Shown here one piece after another: positions 42,301 through 58,794 of a stretch of DNA of 64,000 bases (within the stretch, counting starts at the first letter, position 1; every line of letters begins with the position of its first letter). Made by a program: the position numbers and the translations under genes. The notes beneath the pieces were generated by a model that was not told where the DNA came from, ran no database searches, and saw only the letters and a program-made list of their open reading frames with translations. Source of the DNA: the human T2T-CHM13v2.0 reference genome, Homo sapiens; assembly GCF_009914755.1 (NCBI RefSeq), contig NC_060947.1. One strand, given 5' to 3'.

Positions 42301-45300
42301 ATTGTTGAGAACAGAGGTCATTCGTAAACACACATTTTCCCCCAGGCTGCTCTCTAGAGTTTCTTTGCAAGTTTCAAATTCAAAAGAATGGCAACCCTTA
42401 TAACATATACACTAAAATAATCCTTCTCTCACAAAAGCATGTTTTACTTGATAAAATGCTGATGGTCACAACACAAAATACTCCTTTAAAATGAAATATA
42501 GATAGACACATGGGACACCTACAGACCAGGCTCTGTATGTCTGTCCTAAAAATGAACTCTCCCTGGACAGGTTAATGGTATTTATCCAGAAAATCACAGT
42601 GTTTGCTAAAAAATAGGCACTTAATAAACATGTATTCAGTGAATGACTGGTATTTAAAAATATTTTATTTTAATCCATTTTTTCTCTCTCACATTTTTTC
42701 TCTCTCATGTATACAGCTGCTCTGTATGCATGAAAAATACCTCGAACTTCATGAAAACCTTAATTAGTGGAAGGAAAGAATGTTAGCCCAATGAGTAATT
42801 CATATCAATGTTGCTCATTTAAGGCATTTCATTTTGAGTTAATGATGGTAGGTTAACAGCTAAGCTTTGTAAAAGATTGAACTAAGAATTTTTGTTTTAC
42901 TTTAAGCTTCTAGAACTCTATTTATTTGCAAGACCACATTCAGTTCTAAAATGCATCTGAGACCTTGATTATATCTGTGTTTGACTATACGTGTTCATGC
43001 AGATAAACCCAGTAATTTTAATTCTACCATTAATTTAGAAAATTTCACCAGCAACTGGTTTCTACACTTAATTTTCTCTGAGAAACACTCTATCAATCAA
43101 ACAAAATAATAACCAAAAAACATAAAATATATGTTTAATTAAAGAAACAAAGTAACATTATATATCTAGATAAATTTAAAATATGTTTATATCCATAAAC
43201 ACCATTTTAGTGCACAAGAGGTTAAGAGAATAAAAGCATGTACTCAAAAGCTAGAAATGGAAAATAAAGTGCTACAGAAAACATTTGATTAAATCGAAAA
43301 TGCCTACTACATGACCTAAAATTATGATTCAGGAAGCAAAGCAGAGTAGCATCAATTTTGGTTTCTCAAAGGCAACATATTTTACTACTGGTAATATTTA
43401 TTTTAAAATCTCATTAATTCCCTGAATGTCTTCCAAAAACCAAAAGGCAAAAAACAAAACAAAACAAAACAAAAACAAAGACAAAGTAAAAGTTTAACTG
43501 AATTCATGATGATCAACCATTGATTGTAAAATCAATTTTTCTTGCTGCCATGGTCACAAACTCTGGTATTAGGCTAATTGCTACACATCAACTCATCTGA
43601 AACGTGGTTTATTAAGGATAGACTTTATTGAAACATAAAGTGAATTAAGGGTTTTTGAGTAATATGTACTGCTTGCTCATGCCTGTCATGGTACATTATA
43701 CATACCATCACATTATACTCATTTCGTTAGCATAAAGGTAATTTCAGATCAAATCTAGGTCCTACTTTACATGATGCCACAATGCCATTCCATCAATAAA
43801 CAGGGAGAAAGGAAAATAAAATAGAAGAGTTTCCTCATCATATTCTTTGTGACAGCTATCTAAAAGCTGTCTTGCCAAGTTCTCTTTTAGTGGATTTGTG
43901 AATGCCCTTTGATATCCAACTCAGTTTGAAAATTTATAGTCAAATATTCTTTCTTCTTGTTTCACTAAGGAATTAATACTTCTTTTTTTCCCTTTACCAC
44001 ATAGCTTAACTTTCACTTTTCTCATTTTCTAACAGCACTTACTTTTCTTCCTTTTCAATAATAAATAACTTCAGACTTCACAGAGCCCTCCATTCTAATC
44101 TTTTATCCCAGTTTCTGCAGCTGCACTTTCTAGCCCTAAGTTGTTTATAAACTCCTGTGTGGCGAGCTACATTTTAGGAAGGAGATAGTCCATTTTTAAG
44201 GATCACTTTGGCAAATGCCAGGTAAAATAAGGAAAATCTTGTAAAAAGCTCAACCAACTTGATCCTGAGTTATTGAAAGGGGAAGCTGAACCAAGGAGTA
44301 AATAATAAAACATACTCCTAAAAATTGTCCGGTAGCCAATATTTATAATTTGTCAAATTTCAGCTTTTAAATATCTATTTATGTTTCTTTTACTAGCAAG
44401 TTGACAAAAAAGGGGTCTAAATATGTTTAAATAGCTATGGCAGATAGGATGATTTTAGGATTCCTAAGATAATAGTAATTGTTTTTAATCTGCACATCAT
44501 TGTTTTTGAGCTACAATAAAACAAAGGTGGCATTCATTTTGTTCTGCATTAGCATCTCAATATGAATATTGGAGTGCACATTTGCATTATTTTTATCACT
44601 AATGCAAACTGGTATTTATGACCTTTATATTTTTCTTCTCCTTGACCTCAGTATAAGTGGAGTTTTTCTCAACCAGTTGAGAAATGTTACTTTATATTCT
44701 ACTCAAATTTGTGGGTTTTGGAAAAATAATATGTATTACTCCTGATTGGTAATAATAATGTAACATAGCATCATATCCCAATGACTGCTTTTTGAGATTT
44801 TTGTATCTTAAAAACATAATTTCAGTTTGGACAGAATTTTCCAGAAAGCTTAAAACATGCAAATTTAATGTAAAAGGAGTCAGAGGATAAAATACACATA
44901 AAGCTGTTAATTTTATACAGTCTTGCAGGGTTACCTTGTATTTATTGGGAAGGTTATTAACACAGGTATTGGTGCTAAGAATAACTCTTAAGAAACAAAC
45001 GTATTTCATTTTATGGGATGTCTTAGAGTTCCATCTTTTGTAGCTTTCATGTAACAATTGCTTACATCTTGCCTTCCTCAATCCTATATCAACTCTTCCA
45101 GTACTCTTTCTACAAGTATTCCATAAATTATTCACCTAGGCTGTACGATAAAAAGTGTGTCATTCTTGGAAGATGAAACACATATGACAATTCAGACATC
45201 TGCACCTCTCACTTATCCTGGAGCAGCTATACTATTTGCTGAGCACAAATAATTGCTTATCACTCAGACATGCCACAGTACCTGTATCACCATATTTGAT

Positions 45301-45689
45301 ACCAAAAAAAACCTGTTTGCTTCTGATATGAAATTAATCAGTAGGAACTTGTTCTAATAAAAATCTACTGTACTCAAGTTGAGAACTGCTTTGCAGTAGG
45401 GGCAAAGGGATTCCTTGGATCAGATCTTTCAGTCAGATCAAACAGAAAATGAGCCTTCCTATACTATGGTTAGATTATGAAAATCAGTGAAACCCGGAAA
45501 CAAACAACCACAGACACTAGTAAGTGAAATAACAGCCAAGAGATGAATTTGGGTGACTATCCAAGGCATATATAACTGCAATCCACCAAAAGATATCCTG
45601 TGGAATAGAGGCAAAGAAGCAGAAAGGAAGAGAAATCAGGTTGAAGATTGCCTTTCTCCACTAGTCTGGCATAGCTTTCTTTGTTGTAC

Positions 45690-45971
45690 CTGAGAATGGT
45701 CGCTCCAAACCAAATTTTGGTAGGAGGAGGTGGTTTTGAGAGGGGAGAGCACTTCCCGTGAGTTGAAGGGGTCCAAGGCCTGCACCACCTTGTTCATGGG
45801 CCCACTGTAGGTCCTCACTCGCTCATACACTACATTTTTTTCTGGAGGCTGCTGGGCTTGGCTTGACTGATGGTAGCAGTGGTAATGCTGGGGCTGGCAC
45901 TGCAGCACCTCTGGGAGCTGCTGGGTTCCACAGCTGCTGCTGCTCGTCTCACTCCAATAGCTCGAGCTCAT
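45690..45971 (-). CDS. POF1B: POF1B exon 2 coding part, aa 1-94 (MSSSYWSETS...VWSDHSQ); exon acceptor ttccttag| at 46012
   Basis: ATG at 45971 in AAGATGA context; 282 nt ending CAG|GTACAA. Peptide recognised as the POF1B (premature ovarian failure 1B, actin-binding) N-terminus. Confidence 0.96.
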
Positions 45972-46155
45972 CTTCTTCCAGTGGTCAGCAAGGGACCTCC
46001 CAGATGTTCTACCTAAGGAACAAACAGAGAAATATAATGGAAAAAAAAGACAGGCAAGCAGGCAGTCAGGCAGGCAGACAGACACACGACACACGTGTGG
46101 AAACCGCTTATCAAAACCTCTGCCAATAGTGGTGCCGGGAAGAGAAGAAAGCTAC

Positions 46156-46185
46156 CTGAGCAGCAGCAAGAGCAGGTCTGGCAGC
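46156..46185 (-). other. POF1B: POF1B putative non-coding exon 1 (5' boundary approximate)
   Basis: Minus strand reads ...CCAGACCTGCTCTTGCTGCTGCTCAG|GTAGCTTT, with donor GT at 46155-46154, 143 nt above the exon 2 acceptor. The TSS is inferred from an AT-rich element at 46201-46210 and is not directly visible. Confidence 0.6.
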
Positions 46186-46340
46186 TACAGAGGAAGCAGC
46201 AAAATATTTGAGCTCAAATGGAAAATGGAGCCACCCTGTGACATTGCTCCAGGAAATGGTACTGACACGCCCTTAGGGGCGGATTCACTTAGCAGGTTTA
46301 CATGCCAGGAGAGGCCCTGCCTTGCCACGGAGATAGCTAC
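46186..46340 (-). promoter_or_regulatory. POF1B: Candidate POF1B proximal promoter (not a CpG island)
   Basis: Unique, relatively GC-rich sequence just above exon 1. Contains CAAATATTTT (46210-46201, TATA/FOX-like), opposed Sp/KLF-like boxes ACACGCCC and GGGGCGGA (about 46265-46283), and CATG/CTTG p53/p63-like half sites (about 46298-46327). Motif matches only. Confidence 0.5.
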
Positions 46341-47960
46341 AAGGCTGCCCAGCAGGTAAAGGAGTCTGTGAAGAGCAGAAATGTAGAATGTCAGGGATGA
46401 AGCCAGAGTTTCCAAGCACATGGGCTTAAAAATTCACAAAGACATGAAAATGCAAAAAACTTGCTAGAGAAAAAAAGTCACACATGTTATATGAAAGTGT
46501 CTTTTTATGGTTCTTAAGTTTAGCAAAGGTAGTTACCAGCATAAGTATTATTATTCCAGATTCCCAGACTAAAATAATGAGTATTAGTCTAGGAATACAC
46601 CAATTTTCACAGATAAATTTGCATTCTTTGCAAAACCCATCTGATAATTGCAGTTAAGGAAGATTACTAAGGGGTCTCTTTCTAGTGACTCTGTCTAATA
46701 TATGGACTTGTTTATCTTACTCAAAGCCTCGTATTCTTTTCTATCATTTGTTGAAGGAAATTTGTCTAAATGATTGAATTGCTGTATAGAAAGGTGGATG
46801 GTCAAGAAAAACCTAAAGATTCCACAAATGCTTTGCATTTTGGCATTCACATTTGTTGTTTTTCATTTATGCAAGGGAATTTCTCCTGCCCTTATATGTG
46901 CCCTAGGAAACACTGAGTTTGATTGACTTTTTAATATCTAGTTATTAAGGGAGCTGCAAGTCCTGAAAGATGCCTTAACTGACATAATGAGATTTAAATG
47001 TGTTTACAACTTACATTTATTACTACTTGAAATTTTGATCATAATGCCTACTTACCCTCAGATTTTGCTATGCAATATACTTCAGCACCACTTAAATCCA
47101 GAATACTCTCATTCAAAGTGACTTTAGTAAAAAGTATCTTCCTAATGTGTATATGTGCAATAGGACCTAGTATACTACCACCATTCTAGAGAGGAAGAGA
47201 ATGTTATCCAGGGGGCTAGCAGCATTTTTTTTCTGCCCAGTGAACAAAGTGTTATGATTTACTATTCACTCTGTGTCAGGTACTGTTCAAGGGGTTTTAT
47301 GTGGATTATAATTATTTCATCATTGAAGTGACTTTATGAGGTTTATAGGTGAGAAACTGAGGCACAGACATGGAGAGTTTGAAAAACTTTCCAAAGTTAA
47401 ATAACCTGTAAATGGTGGGCCTGGCATTTTAACATATGGAGATTCATATTAGAGTCTAAGCTCTTATCTGGTATATTATACAGCTAGATAAATTCTCAAA
47501 TTGTTCCATTTTACAGCTACATAAATTCTCATATTGTTCTGTATCCTGCCATCTAATAAATCTTCTAGATGTCAACATCAAAAAACACTTCAGAAATGCT
47601 AGCCATGAGAGACTTTAAAGGAATCTTTAGATTTTCTTTTATGGCTGAGGAGTGTGCAAAAAGCTGAAAATTACCCTTAAAAACTTTTAAGTTAGTTATT
47701 ACATATTTACATTTATATTTGTGTGTTGAGTGCAGACCTGTCAAATCTGATCCTTGCTCATTTTAATGATATTCCTCAAGAATCAATTAAAATTTTATTA
47801 GAAATATGTGACATGTTAAACAGCCTGGTAAAATATCAGATCAATAACTTACTAATATCATTAGCAGTATCACTTTGAATAAACTTTATGTGTGAACAGA
47901 GAATAGGGGTTAAGTGGGATCATCCAGTCAGCTTTGATTCATGATAAAAATATAAATTAA

Positions 47961-47989
47961 ACACACACACACACACACACAAACACACA
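47961..47989 (+). repeat. (CA)n microsatellite
   Basis: ACACACACACACACACACACAAACACACA seen directly. Confidence 0.9.
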
Positions 47990-49058
47990 TTCATGTGAGC
48001 ACACAGAATACTGTAAATATCTGCTGCAGCCAAGAAGTGACCTATTAAATAAAGCAAGAGATTGAGATGAAGAAAAAAATTTCCTTTATCCATAAACTGG
48101 TGACCATACCTGCCCTTCACATATCTTGGATATATAGTGTTTTGAGCCAACTTCCTTGATACAGTTTGGCTACAATTTGTGTGTAAAGCTGATACCTTCA
48201 CCCAATATCTGAGCCTCATTCATCACTGTTCTCCATCTCTGGGTATGAGGGACAGAGAGCTTGAAGCTTAGGCATAGTATATTAGAAATGAGATTAAGCA
48301 CTATCTGGCACGCAAATCACATCTAACTATGAAGCAGGTGTTGACCACAATTGTTCATTTCGGAAAGGCTTATTAATCATTGTCACCAAAATTTCTACTT
48401 CTCTGACAACTCACTTGTGCATCACATGATCGGTTTCTCTAATTGGTTTTTCTCCTTTATGAGGATGATGTTCATACTAACACATTTTTGATTAAGAAAT
48501 AAATATAAATATGTCTTTATGGTAGTAATAACACTTGCCCTATTTTACACTTGAAAATCCAAGGGATTGACATTCTGTATTCTGCATCCTTCATGATTAT
48601 ACCACCCTTCTAACATTAGTGAATGGAGTAGTAAGAGTTGATTCCTTATTCTTAACTCCAGATTTTTTCAGGTAATCTTTAATTAAATTTCCAACAGTTC
48701 TTTTGTTTCACACAGTAATGGAGATATTTTATGCTTACCACTGAAAAAGCCTCATTTACAATGACAGATTTGGGGGACACAATTGGTAACCCTTTACAAG
48801 TTAATTCAGTTCTAACAGACTTAAGAAGATCTTTATTGCTTTTGATTACAAAAATAATTCATTTTTAAAATTTCAAATGAGTAAATACATGAACAAAGTA
48901 GAAAATTAAACTCATCATACTGATAATAGGAGTAAGGGATAGAGCAAGGAACAGAAATGTCTGCTGCACACTTTAATGGTAATTTTTAAAAAAACAATGA
49001 TTTACATTTTGACTGAGTTGTCTTGAAGGTCATCCGAAAAAGTCCTGATTTGACCTAC

Positions 49059-49884
49059 TGAGGTTGTTGGAAAAACACAGTTGCTTCTATACTCTCACAA
49101 TACAGAACACTTCTGTGACCCCAGATGTGTGAGGGTTATTTCCCTACCCAACTAGTAAGTGATCAGTTCTACAGTGGACACCAGCTGTGTGTCCTCTAAT
49201 TCAATCCTGACACTATCTACTTGGAGATAGCATTAAAACTCACAGGTTGAGGACTTTCAGTCCCACAAGACTGTCCCCATTCAGACACCAGTCGCAAGCC
49301 CCAGATCATTGTACCTGTGCTCCTGACCAACCAGCTATCAATCAGAGTTCATATGACCCCCCTCCTTGGATTTAATTAATTTGCCAGAGCGCTCACAGAA
49401 CTCAGGGAAATACATACTTACATTTACTGGTTTATCATAAAGGATATTATAAACGATTCAAATGAACACCAAATGGAACAGATGCATAGGGCAAGGCACA
49501 GAGCCTCCATGTCCTCTCGTTATGCTCCATTCTCTAAGAACCTCCACATGTTCAGCCATCAGGAAGCTCTCTTTGAATCTAGTTATTTTGGAGTTTACAT
49601 AAGCTTCATTATGTAGGCATGATTGATTAAATCATTAGTCATAGGCTATCAATTTCAACTTCTCTCCCCTAAAGAAAGGTGGGGCTTAAAGTCCCAACCC
49701 TCTAATCCTGCCTTGGTCTTTCCAGTGACCAGCTCCCCTCCTGAAGCTACCTAGGGGATGCCAACCCTCAGTCAATTCATTTGCATATGAAAATATATTT
49801 ATCACTTTAGAAATTTCAAATATTTTAAGCGTTGTATGCCAGAAAACAGGGAAGAAGACCAAATATCTATTTCACAATATCACA
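49059..49884 (-). mobile_element. MER21-family ERV solo LTR
   Basis: TG...CA termini; CAGAACACTTCTG...GGACACCAGCTG...CTGACACTATCTAC; ends TTTCACAATATCACA; 5-bp TSD CCTAC at 49054-49058 and 49885-49889. Confidence 0.88.
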
Positions 49885-51409
49885 CCTACTTCATAAAATT
49901 GTTATTAGAATCAAATGTGAAAGTGTTTGCTGATTTTAATATAGTACCCAGGCATATGATTTTAAAATATGTTATTCACAGATAATGTGTTATAATTTTT
50001 GTCAAATAGTAGGCTTTGAAAAGAAAATATGAATGCCAGAGGAGGCTATAGGCCTGGTTTATAAAAAGCTTAGCTACCTGAAACTGTTAAGGTAAAACAA
50101 ATAGGTAATTAATTTATCAAAAATGATATATATATATATATAACTATCTTAAACATTAAATCATAAAGGTAATTATAAACTTATCATCAAATATATTTCA
50201 TCAGCATCAGTAGTTTTCATGTGTATAACTAATCCTGCACTCCACCTTCTATTTTATGGGGATGATGCTCAAGTCTATCTCTAGCCCAGCCTCACCCCCG
50301 GGGCTAATGATACAATGGCAAAAGATAGTTAAAGCAAAGTTACTCAAGTCTTTTTACTTCTGCGTTCTCTATGATCAAGGAGAAGTATGTACACACTGGA
50401 AAGGATCAATAACCATTGGTCCATTCAGAGGAAACTGAAGCCCCAAAGTAGATGAGATGACTGTATGAAATCACTTACGTTTTACTAAATGAGTCCAATT
50501 CATTTGATTCTGCAGAACTACATTCCAGCCTTCTGACAAAGTTGAGCTTGTTTAACTGCTGTTGAGAAACTTTAGACTGGGAAGTGTTTCAGATTATAAT
50601 ATATGAAAAAACATCTGTCTTGATTTGGAAAAAAATGAATGGCAGAGTTTACAAAGTGAGTATGTCTGACATCAGTGCAAGTCAAAATTCTATATCAGAC
50701 TATAAAGTGTATGATGATACATATGCCAAGAATAGAGATAGGTGATCCCCGAAAAACTTTTGGTATCTCTGCTTCATGGTCTCTGAATATCTACTCTTAA
50801 AGTCAATTTTACCAGTGGCACAGTTTTGTTCAGAACTAACTGATCCCAGTGTTCCAAAAACCATAGTAGATAAAATTATATTTTGATTCTAGACAAAATA
50901 AATAAATCCTCAGTGTGATTTGAATGAAGTGGAACCAAGCCTCTATGATCCTGGAAAATCCCCAGGGATGACTGACCTCTCCTGTAAAAAAAGATTAATT
51001 TAAAGCAGCATTTCTCAAAGCTTGTCCTGAATAACACTAGTTCTACAGGGTCCTATACCTGGGAAAAAATGTTTGTGATCAAATGAGTTTAAGAAATATT
51101 TGGAAATACTTGGTTAAATATAATTTGTGAATAGTTTTATTGCTATAATACTTCTATCCTTTCCTAAGCTGATGTGCACCATGATCTTCTAAATGGATCA
51201 ATCGTATGCAGTGTTTTTCAAGTTTTGTTGGTGATAAAATATATTTTGTGTGTCATATTTTGTGTTTTTCTGATTTTTTTTTCTTTTTTATGATTTTTTT
51301 CTTCTGCATGCTTTTGGCTAGACTCATATAGTAAGAATTCATATCTAGTTTGTAATTCTACTTATATAATAAAAACATACCAAAGACCATTTGATCAGCC
51401 ACATTACTA

Positions 51410-51585
51410 TACTAGTGATACTCAAGTGAGATCCATGAACCTCATTGGGAAAATTTTTAGAATTGCAAATTCTCAGGCCCCACCCCAGACCTACTGTGTA
51501 AGAAATCCTGGGGGTGAGGACCAAGGATCTGTTTTAAAAAGCTCTCCTGGTGATTCTGATGTACACTAAGGTTTGGATATCCCTG
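51410..51585. mobile_element. MER5A hAT MITE
   Basis: GCAAATTCTCAGGCCCCACCCCAGACCTACT...GGTGATTCTGATGTACACTAAGGTTTG. Confidence 0.8.
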
Positions 51586-52489
51586 AACTATACCAATATA
51601 TTGGAGGCAGGCTTCAACAAAAGAGGACGATGGTAGTGGCACGAAGATGAGACTTCCTATTAGGGAAGAAATTGTAAGCAGCTCAAGAATAGGTGACTAG
51701 AAGTCTGCATGCAAGTAGAAGTGAGCTATGACTCTGGATAAGAGTCAACACGTTCTACATATATGGAGAAGTTAAAATGGGCCTGAACTATAGTGTAGTA
51801 CATTAATTATAGCTACATAAGGTATTCTGGCAATAAAAATAAAAGAGGATAATATTAGAGTATACCAGAAAGCTGCACACTATAGCGTTAATTAATGTAG
51901 TTTTGCGGTCAGATAGGCCGGGATTTACATTCTGGTTCTACCATGAACTAGCTCTATGGCCTAACAAACTATGTTACTTTCCTGACCTTCTGTTGCTTTT
52001 CAATGAAATGGACGATAGCCCCTAACAAAGAATTTGGTGTGTCCATTAGATAAAATGCATGTGAAGTGTTTAGCATGGTGTGTGGTACCTAGTAGCTGAA
52101 CAACAAATGGAAATTCTTAACATTATGCTCTAGATCTGACTTGAAGGAAAGGAAGAAAGGGCTTGCCATGACTTTGCAGATAGAAATATGTCTGTAGCAG
52201 AACATATCACGTAAGAAGGCCTTACTTGTGAAAAGGGAAGACAAACGGAGGTAGGGAAATGACCAACGGCATAGTCACAGAAAAGGCTCAATCAATTTAC
52301 CAAAAAGGAAAAAGTAGAATGAAGCTTGAGTGAAAAGCAAAGGCAGTCATTTATAATTTAAAATGCTTGGCTATGATGGAAGACTTTAGTTGGAGGTAAA
52401 GTCCTGTGATATCTCTTCTAGGTGTCTGTTTTGTAATGTACAAAAATTGTAAAGAGTAACTTAAATGTTAATTCATTGATTTAGAATAT

Positions 52490-53229
52490 ATGTACAAAAG
52501 TACTCTTAGCAAGCAAGAAGAAAGGAAGTAATAAAAATAAGAGCTGAAATAATTGAGATTGAGAACAGAAAAGTGGTAGAGAAAATAAATAAAACCAAAA
52601 GATGGTTCTTTTAAAAAAAATTAGTAAAATTGATAATCCTCTGACAAGATAGACCAAAAAAGAGAGAAAATACATATAACGAAATCATGAATGAAAGAAG
52701 GACTCCACAGACATTAAAATAATAATGGAGTATCTTATAAACAATTTTATGCACACACATCCTACAACTTAGATGAAAAGGACAAATTCCATTTTCATTA
52801 GGAAATGAACCAATTCATAGTGAGAAATAGACGAACTACCACAACTCACCCAAGAAGAAATAGATAAACTTAATAACCGTATATAAATAGAAGAGATTGA
52901 ATTCACAGTTATAAACTTTCCAAGAAGAAAAATGCTGAATTCCACCAAATATTTAAGGAAAAACAATGCATTTTCTTTTTAAAATGTGTATTGAAGAGGT
53001 ACAGGTGCAGTTTTGTTACATGCACAGTGGCGAAATCTGGGCTTTTAGTGTAACCATCACCCAAATAATGTACATTGTATCCATTAAGTAATTTCTCATC
53101 CCTTACCTCCCTCCTACTCTCCCACCCTTCCAAGTCTCCAATATCTATGTCCATGTATATACATTATTTAGTTCCATTTATAAGTGGAAAACATGGGGCA
53201 TTTGACTTTCTGTTTCTTTGTTGTTCACT
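52490..53229. mobile_element. Old L1M ORF2 fragment (+) followed by L1PB-like 3' fragment (-)
   Basis: A-rich ORF2-like text to about 52960; then GGTACAGGTGCAGTTTTGTTACATG...TTTAGTTCCATTTATAAGTG. Confidence 0.7.
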
Positions 53230-56815
<3,586 letters not shown>

Positions 56816-56884
56816 TAAACTGATCTTGAACTTAAGTCTTTAAAAAAGTAAGATAGATACACAATTTTTTTAAAAAAATTTAAA

Positions 56885-57380
56885 ACAGCAGATGGATAGT
56901 TAAAGAAAATATGCTAAATATTCACAATGGAGTACTATTCAGTCAGAGAAAAGAATGAAATTCTATCATTCACAACAATATGGAAGGAACTGGAGGACTT
57001 TATGTTAAGTGAAATAAGCCAGGCACTAAAAAACAAGTATAGTATGCTCTCACTCATATATGGAGGCTAATAAAATTGATCTCACGGAGATAGTGAACAG
57101 AATGGTGGTTACCAGAGACTGGGAATGTTAGGGGATCGGAGAATAACAAAGGGTTGGTTAATGGATCCATACATATAGTTAGATAGAAGGAATAAGTTCT
57201 AGTGTATGATAGAACAATAAGGTGACTATAGTTAGCAATAATTTATTGTATATTTAAAAATAGCCAGAAGAGATTTGGAAAGTTCCCAACACAAAGACAT
57301 GATAAATGTTTGAGGTGATACATATCCCAATTACCCAGATTTGATAATTACACATTGTATGCTTGTGTCAAACTATTACA
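56885..57380 (+). mobile_element. L1MA 3' fragment
   Basis: CACAATGGAGTACTATTCAG...AGAATGGTGGTTACCAGAG...TTAGATAGAAGGAATAAGTTCTAG. Confidence 0.8.
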
Positions 57381-58419
57381 TCTTCAGGGAAAGAGAAAAG
57401 CAATATAGCAAACTTGTAGAAGAACAAAATAGAGCTCTAAAAAAAAGCAAATGAGATTAAAAGTTTAGTGGATGACTTTAATAGCAGATTGGACACAGCT
57501 CAAGAGGGAACTAATAATCTAGGGTATATACAAGAAAATATTGCTCAGAACACATCAGAAACAGACACAAATATGAAAAATATGGACAAAAGATTAAGTA
57601 ATATGGTGGACAATGTGAGACATTTTAATCAACTTCTACTCTGAGTCCAAGAAGGAGAAGAGAGAATGGAATAGGAGTAATATTAAAAAGATAATGACTT
57701 AGCATTCTCCAAACCTGATTTAAGGCATAAATCTACTGCATCAAAACACCTAGTGAATTTCATAGAAAAAAATAAATACTGAGACATAAAGTGAAAGTGA
57801 GGAAAACCTAAGAGACAGAACAATTAAAATCACTCAGAGAAAAGACAGAACCACATAAAAGATCAACAGTTAGAATGACAGCTGACTTCTGTACAGCCAC
57901 ATAATAAAAGGAAAATGTCAGATACCTTTTCAATGTGCTCAGAGAAAATAACTGTCAACCTGAAGTTTTATTCCCAGTGAAAATGCCTTTCATGAATGAA
58001 AGATACTTGGTTTAATTGCTTACTGATGTGTAACAAATTGCCTCAAAATTTTAGGACTTAAAATACCAATCATTTTATTATCTCTCACAGTTTCTGTAAG
58101 ATGAACTTGGAGTATTTCTGTGTTGAGATTTCTCATGCAGTTGCAGAGTGGCTGGAACTGGAACAACGAGAGGTGGGAGCAGGTCAGAGCTGGCTCTGCA
58201 TCTCTCTTCATGAAGTGTCAGGACCTCTACATGGGGTTTTTTCACATAGGCCAGCTTGTGCTTATTTATAGCAAAGAAGTTTCAGGGAAGTCAGACTGCT
58301 TCCCTAATGGCTGAGAGCTTCAAGAGCAAGAGTTATAGGGAACAAAATAAAGCTTCACCAAATTTTATCACTTAGCCTCAGAAATCACATAATATCACTT
58401 CTACCATATTCCTTAGATC

Positions 58420-58794
58420 TGTAAATTTAAGATAAAACTGCCTCCTTACATATGTTAAGTTTGGCGTAAAGACTTCTCCATAGAATGAACTATAACCTAA
58501 CTGGATATGTAAACAGACTATAACCTGCTCTTGTAGCCAATCACATGCAGCCAACTATTAAAACCCTGTTCAAACAAGGCAAATGCCAAGCTATAACCAG
58601 TCCAGCTGTTTCTATACCTTATTTCTATTTCTGTATATCACTTTCCTTTTTCTGTTCATAAATATTGTCTGACCATGTGGCAGCCCCAGAGTCACTCTGA
58701 ACCTATTGCAGTTCTGCGGGCTGCCTGAGTCATAAATTGTTCTTTGCTCCATTAAACTATTAAATTTAATTTGTCTAAAGTTTTTATTTTAATA
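58420..58794 (+). mobile_element. MER57-family ERV1 solo LTR nested in an MLT1-type LTR (about 58010-58935)
   Basis: CTGCCTCCTTACATAT...AACCTAACTGGAT...TTAAATTTAATTTGTCTAAAGTTTT; near-TSD GATC/GGTC; MLT1-like text resumes afterwards. Confidence 0.8.

Noticed and set aside
43050-45320. Several GRHL-like AACC(A/T)GTT motifs in intron 2
   Set aside because: Short motifs scattered over kilobases; not distinguishable from background without ChIP or conservation data.
45636-46094. 152-aa ORF as a single-exon gene or N-terminal extension
   Set aside because: It is POF1B exon 2 read through into flanking introns; the upstream part crosses the polypyrimidine tract and starts at a non-ATG codon.
50600-50980. 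Possible CR1/L3 relic
   Set aside because: Similarity too faint to support by eye.
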